Origin: Planctomycetota bacterium
Lineage (GTDB): Bacteria; Planctomycetota; Brocadiia; JAADGH01
Direction: 5' to 3'
DNA length: 64,000 nucleotides
Assembly (NCBI GenBank): GCA_040755855.1
Contig: JBFMAD010000002.1
Span: 32,001 to 96,000 of the forward strand
Positions 17,679 to 26,303 of this stretch are shown here, in pieces. Each line of letters begins with the position of its first letter. The stretch's first letter is position 1. The notes below the pieces were generated by a model that was given only the letters and a program-made list of their open reading frames with translations, was not told the origin of the DNA and made no database searches. Position numbers and translations under genes: made by a program.

Positions 17679-19145
17679 TCACGCCGGGGGATGGGGAGGC
17701 CGGGGGGCGCTGGGAGGTTGCAGGAGGTCGTGGAAGGTCAGGTCGCCGATGATGCCCTCGGCGGCATGATCCACTTCTTTGAAGATCTCGCGGAGGCGTT
17801 CCTCTCCCCTGCTGCTGGAGAAGGCCTGGGAACTCTTGATGCCCACGGCGTTGACAACCTCCTTGAGATGAATGGAATCGGTGGCCCTCGCCGGCAGGAA
17901 GACCGGATCGGGACCGTTGGTAGTGGTCGTGAGGATGCCGTTTTCGATGAGGCGCTCGGCGACCGACTGCACCTCGTCCTCGGCCAGGCCCATCTCGCGG
18001 GCAAGGGCCTGTAGCGACTTCTGCTTGCCGCCCTCGGTGAATATCTTCGACACGAGGAGCACCAGCCGAACCGCGACGCTCTCGGGCGGCATAGAGCCGT
18101 GCTTGGCCCGGCGGTCCTCCGAGCGGAGGGTGTGGAAGTTCTGCGAGGTGTAGGCGACCTCGACGCCGAATAGAACAATGAGCCACGTGAGGAACAGCCA
18201 GAGCAGAAAGATGGGGATCAAGGCCAGGGCGCCGTAGGTCTGGCTGTACATGAAGAGGACCTTGGTGACATAGAGACTGAAGCCGACCTTGGCGAACTCC
18301 CAGAGGATGCCCGCCACCAGCGCCCCCGCCAGGGCCGATCTCCATCGGACCTTCACATTGGGGACGAGCACATACATTAGGAAGAAGGCCGCGCAGGTTG
18401 CCAGGATGGGCAGCAGGCGGAAGAGGGCGCGACTGATGAAGCTCAGCTTGGGCCACAGGTCGAACCACGCCTGGACGCGGCTGGTGAGGACGAACGATGC
18501 GCCGATGAACGCCGGGCCGAGGGTGATGATTACCCAGAAGATGCACATCTTGTAGACGAACGACCGTCGTCTGGCCACGTGCCAGATGTTGTTGAACGCC
18601 CCCTCGATGGTGTTCAAGAGGAAAATGGAGGTCAAGACAAGGAATAGCAAACTCGCGATCCCGACCACGCGGCTGCTGAGCTGTTCGGAGAGTTTCTTGA
18701 TCCAACTGGCGATCTCCGCCGCGTAGTTTTCGAGGATTCGCTGGGTCCGTTGCTGGGCTGCGCTTTCTTGTTGTTCCTTGGTGGGGGGCGGGGCCGGCTC
18801 GGCGCCGGGGGCCTCCGTCGGCTGCGGCGTCGGCTCCTCCACATGGCCGACGATATGCGACTGCGCCAGGAGCCAGTCGAGCATCCGCTGCTTCACCATG
18901 TCTTCAATGCCCTCCAGCCCGGTGAAGGAGCGGTAGAAGGCGAAGGCCACGGTGACGACGGGGACGATGGCAAGGACGGTGGTATAGGCCAGGGCGCAGG
19001 CCCGCTCCAGGCAGTTGTCGCGGACCAACTGCTTGCCGATATAGATGTAGAGGCGCAGTTGGCTGACGACAAACCGCAGTCCCTGGGGGAACTCGTCCAG
19101 CTCTTTGTGGAGGAACTCGTCGGAGAATCGCCGCAAGACATTCAT
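17679..19145 (-). CDS. YihY/BrkB family membrane protein with C-terminal winged-helix domain
   Basis: ACALAYTTVLAIVP, IEGAFNNIW, YGALALIPIFLLWL; Rrf2-like tail. Confidence 0.88.
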   Translation of the reverse strand: MNVLRRFSDEFLHKELDEFPQGLRFVVSQLRLYIYIGKQLVRDNCLERACALAYTTVLAIVPVVTVAFAFYRSFTGLEGIEDMVKQRMLDWLLAQSHIVGHVEEPTPQPTEAPGAEPAPPPTKEQQESAAQQRTQRILENYAAEIASWIKKLSEQLSSRVVGIASLLFLVLTSIFLLNTIEGAFNNIWHVARRRSFVYKMCIFWVIITLGPAFIGASFVLTSRVQAWFDLWPKLSFISRALFRLLPILATCAAFFLMYVLVPNVKVRWRSALAGALVAGILWEFAKVGFSLYVTKVLFMYSQTYGALALIPIFLLWLFLTWLIVLFGVEVAYTSQNFHTLRSEDRRAKHGSMPPESVAVRLVLLVSKIFTEGGKQKSLQALAREMGLAEDEVQSVAERLIENGILTTTTNGPDPVFLPARATDSIHLKEVVNAVGIKSSQAFSSSRGEERLREIFKEVDHAAEGIIGDLTFHDLLQPPSAPRPPHPPA

Positions 19146-19259
19146 GGGTGGAATTTTACCACAAACCTCCGGCAATCGCCAATGATTTTCGGGTGAACAA
19201 AGAAGGCCATTTCTACGCAAGCGAGGGGATTCGCGCTGTTTTTCGGCGAGGGAGTACAC

Positions 19260-19298
19260 CAAAAACCCCCTGGAGGCGGGTCTTCTCCAGAGGGCTTA
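19260..19298 (-). terminator. Probable intrinsic terminator of the small secreted-protein gene
   Basis: Stem CCCTCTGGAG / CTCCAGGGGG followed by a T-run on the minus strand. Confidence 0.6.
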
Positions 19299-19323
19299 TG
19301 GTTTACTGCAGAGGTCGTTCGTA

Positions 19324-19632
19324 CTACTCGGCCTTGACCTCTTCGACTTTGGTCAGGGTGATGGTCTTCTTGCCGTCCTTCTCTTCGACGGCGCCGGTGG
19401 CCTTCACCTCTTTGCCGCAGAGGGTCCCGGCCTTGCAGACGGCGCACTTGTCCGGTGCAGGCGCTTCGCACTTGCAGGGGGCGACGGCAACAGCACCGTC
19501 ATCGGTTTCAATCACGAGACCTGCATCCGTCTTCTCCACCGTGCCGGTGATGGTGGCATCCTCTGCCACAACGACCGCGCCGGCGAACATCAACACGACC
19601 ATAACCAGCCCCAGAACAAACAGACTTCTCAT
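19324..19632 (-). CDS. Small secreted beta-barrel (OB-like) protein with Cys-rich insert
   Basis: AAGGAG RBS, signal peptide, CKC...CAVC...C cluster. Confidence 0.7.
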   Translation of the reverse strand: MRSLFVLGLVMVVLMFAGAVVVAEDATITGTVEKTDAGLVIETDDGAVAVAPCKCEAPAPDKCAVCKAGTLCGKEVKATGAVEEKDGKKTITLTKVEEVKAE

Positions 19633-19894
19633 CTCCAACACTCCTTCTTGATTTCCGGCCATCTATGTTCGATAGCCACAACCAGGCCAACCCGCCGCCA
19701 GGCGGGCTTACTCGCCGCAGGGCCTGAACTCTGCGGTTATCAATTGTCTGCACCGCTCCGGACGAGGCCCCGACTCGCCAACCGACCCCCTTGACGCCGG
19801 CCGCGCCGCCGTCACCCCTCCGAAACAGACGTGTGCAAACACTACTTGAGCAGATTCAATCGAAAAAGACTTCAATACTATAAGGGAACCTAAA

Positions 19895-19923
19895 ATGATA
19901 GTAAATCGTCCATGCTTTGTCAA
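19895..19923 (-). promoter_or_regulatory. sigma70-type promoter about 260 bp upstream of the small secreted-protein gene
   Basis: TTGACA-N17-TATCAT. Confidence 0.6.
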
Positions 19924-20036
19924 CTACCTTTTTTCCATTTTTTGAACAGGGCTTGAGGTCCCCGGAAAAAGCCTGAGGAGGGCGAATTATGTGACATAAG
20001 TCTTTATACCACAAAGTCATATGCGGACGGGCATGG

Positions 20037-20828
20037 CTATGACGCGGGCGGAGCGCCGTGGAAATCCCTCATGGCGCGCCGAATCGCGTTACTCTCCTCC
20101 GCGGTGAGGCGGCGGAACTCACCCTTCTTGAGGTCGCCCAGTTCCAGCGGCCCGACGGCCACGCGGACCAGCCTCAGCACGGTCACGCCCAGGCACTGCA
20201 GCATGCGCCGGATGTGACGGTTCCGCCCCTCGTCCAGGACGATCTCCAGCCAACTGTTGCGCGTCCCGCTACGCAGCAGGCACACATACTTTGCCTTCAG
20301 CTCTTCCCCCGCATCAACGATGCCCGCCCGCACCCGCCGCAACAATGCTTCATCGGCCACACGGTCTATCTGCACGTGATACCGCTTCTCCAGGTGACTG
20401 CCCGGAGCGAGGACCTGTGCGGCCCATCGGGTGTCGTTCGTGAACAACAGCAGGCCCTCGCTGGCCTTGTCCAGCCGCCCGACAGGAGAGACCCACGGCA
20501 GCGAAGGATCGTTTAGGCACTGATATACCGTCTGCCGCCCTCGTTCATCCGTCGTGGTCGTGACCAGGCCGCGGGGTTTGTTCAGCATCAGATAGACGAG
20601 GGCCTTTGCCTCGACCGGTTGGCCTTCGGCAGCGATGTCGTCACGCTGCATATCCACCCGGAGGGAGGGGTTTCGTTGGATAGTTCCGTTGACCCTGACT
20701 CGCCCGGCCTCGATCAATGCCTCGGCCTGGGTGCGCGAGCAGTATCCCGACTTGGAAAGGGCGCGCGCCAGGCTCACCGTCGGGCGGCGGGAGTGTGCTC
20801 TTCGGTTTCGCCTCGCATCCATAGGCAT
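20037..20828 (-). CDS. rRNA pseudouridine synthase, RsuA/RluB/E/F family
   Basis: S4 domain, LNKPRG, GRLDKASEGLLL (catalytic Asp), EGRNRHIRRM. Confidence 0.93.
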   Translation of the reverse strand: MPMDARRNRRAHSRRPTVSLARALSKSGYCSRTQAEALIEAGRVRVNGTIQRNPSLRVDMQRDDIAAEGQPVEAKALVYLMLNKPRGLVTTTTDERGRQTVYQCLNDPSLPWVSPVGRLDKASEGLLLFTNDTRWAAQVLAPGSHLEKRYHVQIDRVADEALLRRVRAGIVDAGEELKAKYVCLLRSGTRNSWLEIVLDEGRNRHIRRMLQCLGVTVLRLVRVAVGPLELGDLKKGEFRRLTAEESNAIRRAMRDFHGAPPAS

Positions 20829-20863
20829 CCCTTGCGCCTCCGGTAACCACTCAGCCGAATGTT

Positions 20864-20931
20864 GTCATTCCCGCGAAAGCGGGAATCCAGGCCCTCGACC
20901 ACTCGTGGATTCCCGCGTACGCGGGAATGAC
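20864..20931. repeat. REPIN-like inverted pair of ATTCCCGC...GCGGGAAT palindromes
   Basis: GTCATTCCCGCGAAAGCGGGAATCCA (20864-20889) and TGGATTCCCGCGTACGCGGGAATGAC (20906-20931). Confidence 0.85.
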
Positions 20932-20979
20932 GAGAGGCTGAATACGGGGGCGCCACACTTGGTAGATGGTTATCCACCG

Positions 20980-22227
20980 TCAAAGCAATGGATTCCCCGG
21001 CACGGACGTCGGCCCGCAGCAGCAGACGTAGTTCTCCGGACTCATGCCCAGCTCGGGGCCGTAGTCCTGCCACATCTCCGGCGTCTCCATGCAGATGGAG
21101 ATGCGCTGGTCAGGGCGGCACTTGCGAATTTCGTCAATGAAGAAGCGATATATCTTCGACCGCAGCTCATGGGAGAAGAATTGTTTCCCCGCGGGGTAGT
21201 AGGGCTTGTCGCGCTTCGCGTTGCCTTCGCTGATGACGCCTCTTGCGTATTCGCGGAATTCCGGATCGAACGTCTCGACGTCGAAGCATCCCTCCATCAT
21301 CTTCGCATCCATCCATCCGAGGATGTCGAGCGTGACGACATCGGGCTTCACGCGGGCGAGGTATTCCCGAATCGTCTCGCCGTACTCCTCCCGCCACGTT
21401 ATGATCGGCACGATGGGCGAGAAGCGGGCGCGGACGATGTAGCCCGCCTTCTGGCATTTCTCGGCGGCCTCGATGCGCTTCCATACATCCGGCGTGTTGC
21501 GCTCGACGGTCCTGCTCACCGTGTCGCAGGACATGGACCAGTTGATGATCGTGTGTCCCCCGTGGGGCAGGTCGAGGAGGTGATCCACGTTGTCGCTCTT
21601 GGTGTAGAGCAGCAGGTACTTATCCGGCTGCCTGGCGAAGTAGCGGGTCATCAGGTCCGACGCGCCGTACTCCGGCTCGAAGCAGATCTGGTCGGTCTGG
21701 TTGTCATACTTGAAGAGATTCAACCATGGCGCGGTCTTGATGAAGTCGTCGAGGCGCTCGATGTACTCCTCAAGGTTCAGCATGATGGTGAGGAGCTTTC
21801 GGATGTGGCAGTAGGCGCAGCCGTGCAGACAGCCGTGGGCGCAGTGGAGTTCATAGGCGGTCTGGCAGACGCCGTGGTTTCGCTCGCGCAGGACCTTCCG
21901 ATCGCGCAGCCCCCATTCGCCCTGGCCGAGGAGCATGTGGGTGTTCAGCCTGGGGTAGCGCTTCCGCAGGTCGGCCATCTCCTGTTCGGCGCGCCACGCG
22001 AAGTTATTGAAGACGATGACGCGCTCGTCGTCCTTGACGGTCTGGCCCGTCCGCCCGCCGGGCAGGAGATTCTCCTTCTCGACGATACCGTTCAGTTCCT
22101 CGTCGGTCACGCGCTGCACCTTGCGGGCGGTAATGTGCTTCATCATCCGCTCCATCCGCACGACGCTGCGGGGGTCGGAATACACTCGGTCACAAATATA
22201 TACGGCGGGGGCGGTTACGGGATACAT
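20980..22227 (-). CDS. Spore-photoproduct-lyase-like radical SAM protein
   Basis: GCLHGCAYC cluster motif, YTKSDNVD.LL.L.H.G.T, RIEAA.K...AGY and ICME motifs of the SPL family. Confidence 0.75.
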   Translation of the reverse strand: MYPVTAPAVYICDRVYSDPRSVVRMERMMKHITARKVQRVTDEELNGIVEKENLLPGGRTGQTVKDDERVIVFNNFAWRAEQEMADLRKRYPRLNTHMLLGQGEWGLRDRKVLRERNHGVCQTAYELHCAHGCLHGCAYCHIRKLLTIMLNLEEYIERLDDFIKTAPWLNLFKYDNQTDQICFEPEYGASDLMTRYFARQPDKYLLLYTKSDNVDHLLDLPHGGHTIINWSMSCDTVSRTVERNTPDVWKRIEAAEKCQKAGYIVRARFSPIVPIITWREEYGETIREYLARVKPDVVTLDILGWMDAKMMEGCFDVETFDPEFREYARGVISEGNAKRDKPYYPAGKQFFSHELRSKIYRFFIDEIRKCRPDQRISICMETPEMWQDYGPELGMSPENYVCCCGPTSVPGNPLL

Positions 22228-22288
22228 GGCAATAGCCTTCTTGGGTATGGAAAGCTTCTCACGCGGACATCCGGTCAATCCTATGCAA

Positions 22289-22555
22289 TCACCGCTTGCC
22301 GCCCCGGCGGGCTCGGCCGGAACCGCCGGTTTGGGAGCGAGATTTTTTACTCGGCTTGCGGTGAAGTGTGCGGAATTTCATCGCCTCCGCACTGATCTCT
22401 TCGACCGTTCTGTCCGGCCAGAGCTTCCTCTGCCATTGCGTGTAGTCGAATGGCTCCCGCATCATCAGGGCCACGAACTTCTCGGTTTCAACTGCGCCCA
22501 GGGCTTCAGTGAGGACCTTCAGTCCCTTTAGCTTGAGTTCTGTATCAGTCATCAT
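22289..22555 (-). CDS. Small partner protein (putative antitoxin) downstream of the PIN gene
   Basis: 88 aa; G..VL.EALG.VE.EKF...REPFDYT.W pattern; overlaps the PIN gene stop. Confidence 0.7.
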   Translation of the reverse strand: MMTDTELKLKGLKVLTEALGAVETEKFVALMMREPFDYTQWQRKLWPDRTVEEISAEAMKFRTLHRKPSKKSRSQTGGSGRARRGGKR

Positions 22556-22985
22556 TGGTCATCTCCCTGACAAGAGTCGGCGGATCAACGATCCTGATTC
22601 CACCGACATCCTCTGCATGTCCGAGTATGAGATCGTCGGTCGTGACAAAATAGTCGCATCCGGCAACGATAGCGCAGGCGACATGGAGCGCGTCTTTGCT
22701 TTTCACGCCCCGCCTGCGAAGCTTGTCGGTGTTGCGCAGGATTGACGGTGTCGCTTCCACGTCAGCGATGGCACGGGACTTCCATCGCCCGATGACTCTT
22801 TTCCTCTCCTCGAACGGGTTCATCTCGTTTTCGTAGTCCAGCATGTACGACCACGCGAGCTCTATCTGCTTTGACAGGACTTTTTCTTGAATGTAAAGCT
22901 TGGCTTCCGCTTCCAAACGGACCCTGATCTGCGTCTGGTCATCGAAGGGCCGATTGAAACAACAGTTGTCGAGATACACTCGCAT
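22545..22985 (-). CDS. PIN-domain (VapC-like) toxin
   Basis: VYLDNCCFNRPFDD, KDALHVACA, FVTTDD acidic active-site motifs. Confidence 0.9.
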   Translation of the reverse strand: MRVYLDNCCFNRPFDDQTQIRVRLEAEAKLYIQEKVLSKQIELAWSYMLDYENEMNPFEERKRVIGRWKSRAIADVEATPSILRNTDKLRRRGVKSKDALHVACAIVAGCDYFVTTDDLILGHAEDVGGIRIVDPPTLVREMTNDD

Positions 22986-23058
22986 GTCGGCTCGATTCCC
23001 TACCTGAACCCTCCCCCACATTATTGCATACCGGACGGGTCAAAGCAAGGCATGAAGT

Positions 23059-23389
23059 TCATTTCGCTTTCATAGCCATTCGCTGGCAACCTTCACGGTA
23101 GACCAGTCTGTTGTATACGGCCAGATTTGCCAGCGCCTTCTCAACCACTGTTGCTTGCTCATCCGTAAGATGTGACCTATCGGACAGTCCAAGCCATTTG
23201 AATCCATAGGCACGTTCATAAACCTGCCACGGCAAGAAGTAAGATGACCAATGCGCGCCTTGGGTTTGCCGACTTGATGCTAAAGGAACCCATCCCGAAT
23301 CGCATGGCTGCAGACCTACAGCAGTAAACACTGAAGAAGTTGCAATGGCAGCATAAAAATAGGAGCTGTGTCTTGGATGATAGATCGGC
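23059..23389 (-). pseudogene. AT-richer open frame without a clear start; possible gene fragment
   Basis: The frame stays open for about 110 codons, but its only upstream start lies inside the four-helix-bundle gene; composition differs from neighbours. Confidence 0.3.
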
Positions 23390-24007
23390 TTATTTGTCCC
23401 TTCTCCGGTTTTTGCGCCGCCGGTATAGGCGTTCGGTGAATCCGCCTTCCCGTTCAAACGCGGCGGCTTGTGCAGCCAACTGGCGGTCGAGTAGTGCTAC
23501 GGCAACTGCAATCAGTGCGAGGGCGGCGTTGGCTGCGATCTCGGGGTATGTGGACGGAGTGGACGAAGTGGACAGTTTTCTATGTCCATCCTGTCCACTT
23601 CGTCCACTCTCATGTATCTCCTGCGCCCACCGGGCCACCGCATCGGCGGTTGTCAACCTTCTGGCTATGAGGTCGACCCGGCGGGGGTCATTCCGATCCC
23701 AAAGCGCCTTCCTCCGCTGGCGAAGGAAGTCCTCATAGTCGAGGCGCAATTCCTCCAGGCTGGCCCGCGCCACGTTCGTCAGTTTCAGCTCCATCTTCTT
23801 CGATGTGCCGCTCGCCTGGCTGCCCTCGGCGATGTTCTGCGTCCCGGAGCGCGCCGCCTGCACCATCTGATCATGGGTACGGCTCTTCGGCGGGATGTAC
23901 CGGTCGCAGAACCGCACCGTGACGTCATAGACCAGTTGCGCAATCTGAAAGCTCTTCAGTTTGCGGTAGCCACCGTGCTTAGGGATCAACGGCTCATGCT
24001 CCGTCAT
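23390..24007 (-). CDS. Four-helix-bundle (23S rRNA IVP-like) protein with suffix domain
   Basis: GGYRKLKSFQ, DQMVQAARSG.QNIAEGS, VARASLEELRLDYEDFLRQR, F..EGGFTERLY. Confidence 0.9.
   Translation of the reverse strand: MTEHEPLIPKHGGYRKLKSFQIAQLVYDVTVRFCDRYIPPKSRTHDQMVQAARSGTQNIAEGSQASGTSKKMELKLTNVARASLEELRLDYEDFLRQRRKALWDRNDPRRVDLIARRLTTADAVARWAQEIHESGRSGQDGHRKLSTSSTPSTYPEIAANAALALIAVAVALLDRQLAAQAAAFEREGGFTERLYRRRKNRRRDK
23550..23607. repeat. In-frame inverted array of 9-bp-period GTGGAC / GTCCA(C/T) repeats
   Basis: GTGGAC at 23550, 23559, 23568; GTCCAY at 23584, 23593, 23602. Confidence 0.8.
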
Positions 24008-24042
24008 GGCTCACCTCCGTCTTCCCTTTCGCAAATTCCGAT

Positions 24043-24075
24043 GTCCACCCCGTCCATGCTGTCCATTCAGTCCAC
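24043..24075. repeat. Four 9-bp-period GTCCAY repeats upstream of the four-helix-bundle gene
   Basis: GTCCAY at 24043, 24052, 24061, 24070. Confidence 0.8.
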
Positions 24076-24087
24076 GATAGCCCGGTT

Positions 24088-24966
24088 TCAGCCCTCGATC
24101 GCCGGCCAAGTCTCCAAACTTCGGCCAGGACCAGAGCTCAGAATTGGGCCATCTTGGAGTTCTGTTATGAACTGTTCGAGCGACCGAATCTCCCAACCCG
24201 TCGCAGTGCGCAGGGATCGGTGTTGTTCCAATGCGCATCGCAGTCTTGAGTCGTCTGTGACAAAGCGGTCTGCAATACCAACGAAGGCGCTTATGTAGTA
24301 GTCTTCCCATTTGGGGCCTTTATGTGAACTTGCAGTGGGGTGTTCTAAGCCATGCCGCCGAATGGCAAGCATCAGCTGCTCAAAAAAACACCTGCAGATG
24401 GGGTTCCAGTCGATGTACTCGGACAGCCGTGGTTCCAGGCTCTCTCGCTCTCTGGTATCTAAAGTCATGCGAAGGACTATCTCGTGTGTAAATTCGCTAT
24501 TGTAGGTAGACATCATCCAGTCACCAGTATCGGGGACTGGCTCACCCTCCGCAAGCAGGGCCTGGAAACAGACACGACCACCAGCATGCATTTCGTCCCA
24601 TCTGTGGGTTCCTTGCTCTTTCTCCGCTCGAATCGTCTGCGAATCATTATCCCCAGCACATCGGAGTAGCGCTTTGCTGTCCTCAGCAAAGGGCCTGAAA
24701 GCCCTTTCGCCGGCAAGGAATCGTTTAACGCCCCACTTAACCTGCCACGGCAGTGAAGCGAGAACCGGGTATTCTCGAAGCAAGTCCAGAAGGGCCTTTA
24801 CAAGACGGTCCCGGACTTGGGGGTTTGCCGCAGCAAGTACCTCCTCGGCAACAGTCTCGGGCACTGTGACATGGATACCGCGTTGCTGGAAAAGCGCGCA
24901 CAAATCCCTGAAGTCTGCCCTGCAGGACAACTTGCTGACAACGTCTGTGTCTACTATCACCAACAT
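24088..24966 (-). CDS. Hypothetical protein with PIN-like fold
   Basis: N-terminal VIVDTDVV, VAEE, C-terminal WEDYY...FVTDD acidic motifs; lower-GC codon usage. Confidence 0.6.
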   Translation of the reverse strand: MLVIVDTDVVSKLSCRADFRDLCALFQQRGIHVTVPETVAEEVLAAANPQVRDRLVKALLDLLREYPVLASLPWQVKWGVKRFLAGERAFRPFAEDSKALLRCAGDNDSQTIRAEKEQGTHRWDEMHAGGRVCFQALLAEGEPVPDTGDWMMSTYNSEFTHEIVLRMTLDTRERESLEPRLSEYIDWNPICRCFFEQLMLAIRRHGLEHPTASSHKGPKWEDYYISAFVGIADRFVTDDSRLRCALEQHRSLRTATGWEIRSLEQFITELQDGPILSSGPGRSLETWPAIEG

Positions 24967-25009
24967 CTCGCACCTGCGGCAGCGGAGCGCCGAGCGTCCG
25001 GCTTCCTTC

Positions 25010-25037
25010 CGTGGATTCCCGCTTTCGCGGGAATGAC
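25010..25037. repeat. REP-like palindrome
   Basis: CGTGGATTCCCGCTTTCGCGGGAATGAC, identical to 26304-26331. Confidence 0.85.
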
Positions 25038-25056
25038 GGCATATACAAGCGCCTGG

Positions 25057-25087
25057 CCCTCCCGCAGGTTCGGGACCTGCGGGAGGG
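25057..25087. terminator. Strong hairpin downstream of ilvC (terminator or REP-like)
   Basis: CCCTCCCGCAGGT-N5-ACCTGCGGGAGGG perfect stem; no clear U-tract. Confidence 0.5.
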
Positions 25088-25121
25088 TTCAGCCGATTGT
25101 GTGATGCGATTGCTTTGTCGC

Positions 25122-26222
25122 TCAGTTCGCCTTCCGTCCCGCGACGCCCTTGGTACCCTTGGTGATCTTCTTGGCGGCTTCCTTGGGTCGGAGGGCGCGG
25201 GTGGCCCTGCCCGCGAGCCACATCTCGGAATTGCCGATGGCCGCGAGCTCCTTCGCCAACTGCTTCTGGTAGTCCTTCTTGCCGCAGGCGGAGAGCACGC
25301 GCCGCGTCTCGGCGCCCGATGCCACGCGCTTGTAGAGTTCCTTGAAGACCGGCATGACGGCCTTCTTGAACTTCGGCTTCCAATCGAGCGCCCCGCGCTG
25401 GGCTGTGGCCGAGCAATTGGCGTACATCCAGTCCATGCCGTTCTCGCTCACGAGGCGGATGAGGCTCTCGGTCAGCTCCTCGACGGTTTCGTTGAACCCC
25501 TCGCTGGGGCTGTGGCCATGGGCTCGCAGCACGTCGTACTGCGCCTCCATGATCCCTGCCAGCGCCCCCATCAGGACGCCGCGCTCACCGGTGAGGTCGC
25601 TATAGACCTCCTTCTGGAAAGTCGTCGGGAAGAGATAGCCCGCACCGATGCCGATGCCGAGGGCGATGCAGCGGTCTTCGGCCCGGCCGGTGGCGTCCTG
25701 CTCCACGGCGAAGCTGGCGTTGATGCCCGCCCCAGAGAGGAAGTTGCGCCGGAGCGACGTGCCAGATCCCTTCGGGGCGACCATGATGACGTCCACATAC
25801 TTCGGCGGGATGACCTTCGTCTGGTCCTTATAGACGATGGAGAAGCCATGGGAGAAGTAGAGTGCATCGCCGACTTTGAGATACTTCTTGATGGTCGGCC
25901 AGATGGCCTTCTGGGCGGCGTCGGAGACAAGCATTTCCAGGATCGTCCCGCGGTCGGCGGCCTCTTCCAGCTCGAAGAGGGTCTTGCCGGGCTTCCAGCC
26001 GTCGGCGACGGCGCGGTCCCAGTCCCTCTTGAATTTCTTGGACTGGCCGATGATCACGTTCAGGCCGTTGTCCTTCATGTTCAACGCCTGGGCGGGGCCT
26101 TGCACGCCGTAGCCGAGGACGGCGATGGTCTCGTTCTTGAGGACCTTGCGCGCCCTGGACATGGGAAACTCGTTCCGCATGACCACTTTTTCCTTCACGC
26201 CGCCGAAATTGATGATTGCCAT
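25122..26222 (-). CDS. ilvC: Ketol-acid reductoisomerase
   Basis: GYGVQG NADPH-binding motif, FSHGF, VAPKGSG, EVYSDLTGERGVLMG, ANCSATAQRGA. Confidence 0.95.
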   Translation of the reverse strand: MAIINFGGVKEKVVMRNEFPMSRARKVLKNETIAVLGYGVQGPAQALNMKDNGLNVIIGQSKKFKRDWDRAVADGWKPGKTLFELEEAADRGTILEMLVSDAAQKAIWPTIKKYLKVGDALYFSHGFSIVYKDQTKVIPPKYVDVIMVAPKGSGTSLRRNFLSGAGINASFAVEQDATGRAEDRCIALGIGIGAGYLFPTTFQKEVYSDLTGERGVLMGALAGIMEAQYDVLRAHGHSPSEGFNETVEELTESLIRLVSENGMDWMYANCSATAQRGALDWKPKFKKAVMPVFKELYKRVASGAETRRVLSACGKKDYQKQLAKELAAIGNSEMWLAGRATRALRPKEAAKKITKGTKGVAGRKAN

Positions 26223-26264
26223 TCTCTCAATCCTCCTTCTCTTGAATGGTTCTTTTCATTCTAC

Positions 26265-26287
26265 GTGGGGTGGGCCGTGGCCCACCA
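26265..26287. repeat. REP-like palindrome, GTRG-GGTGGGC...GCCCACC type
   Basis: GTGGGGTGGGCCGTGGCCCACCA. Confidence 0.55.
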
Positions 26288-26303
26288 TCAGTCTCCATCC
26301 ATT

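Noticed and set aside
17596..18705. N-terminal extension making the radical SAM ORF 758 aa
   Set aside because: Overlaps the YihY gene in another frame; family similarity and a -10 box point to ATG 17595
23390..24007. Avd of a diversity-generating retroelement
   Set aside because: No reverse transcriptase or template/variable repeat pair seen in the window
24967..25416. N-terminal extension of the PIN-like ORF
   Set aside because: Runs through ilvC, a hairpin and a REP; the PIN-like motif begins at ATG 24966
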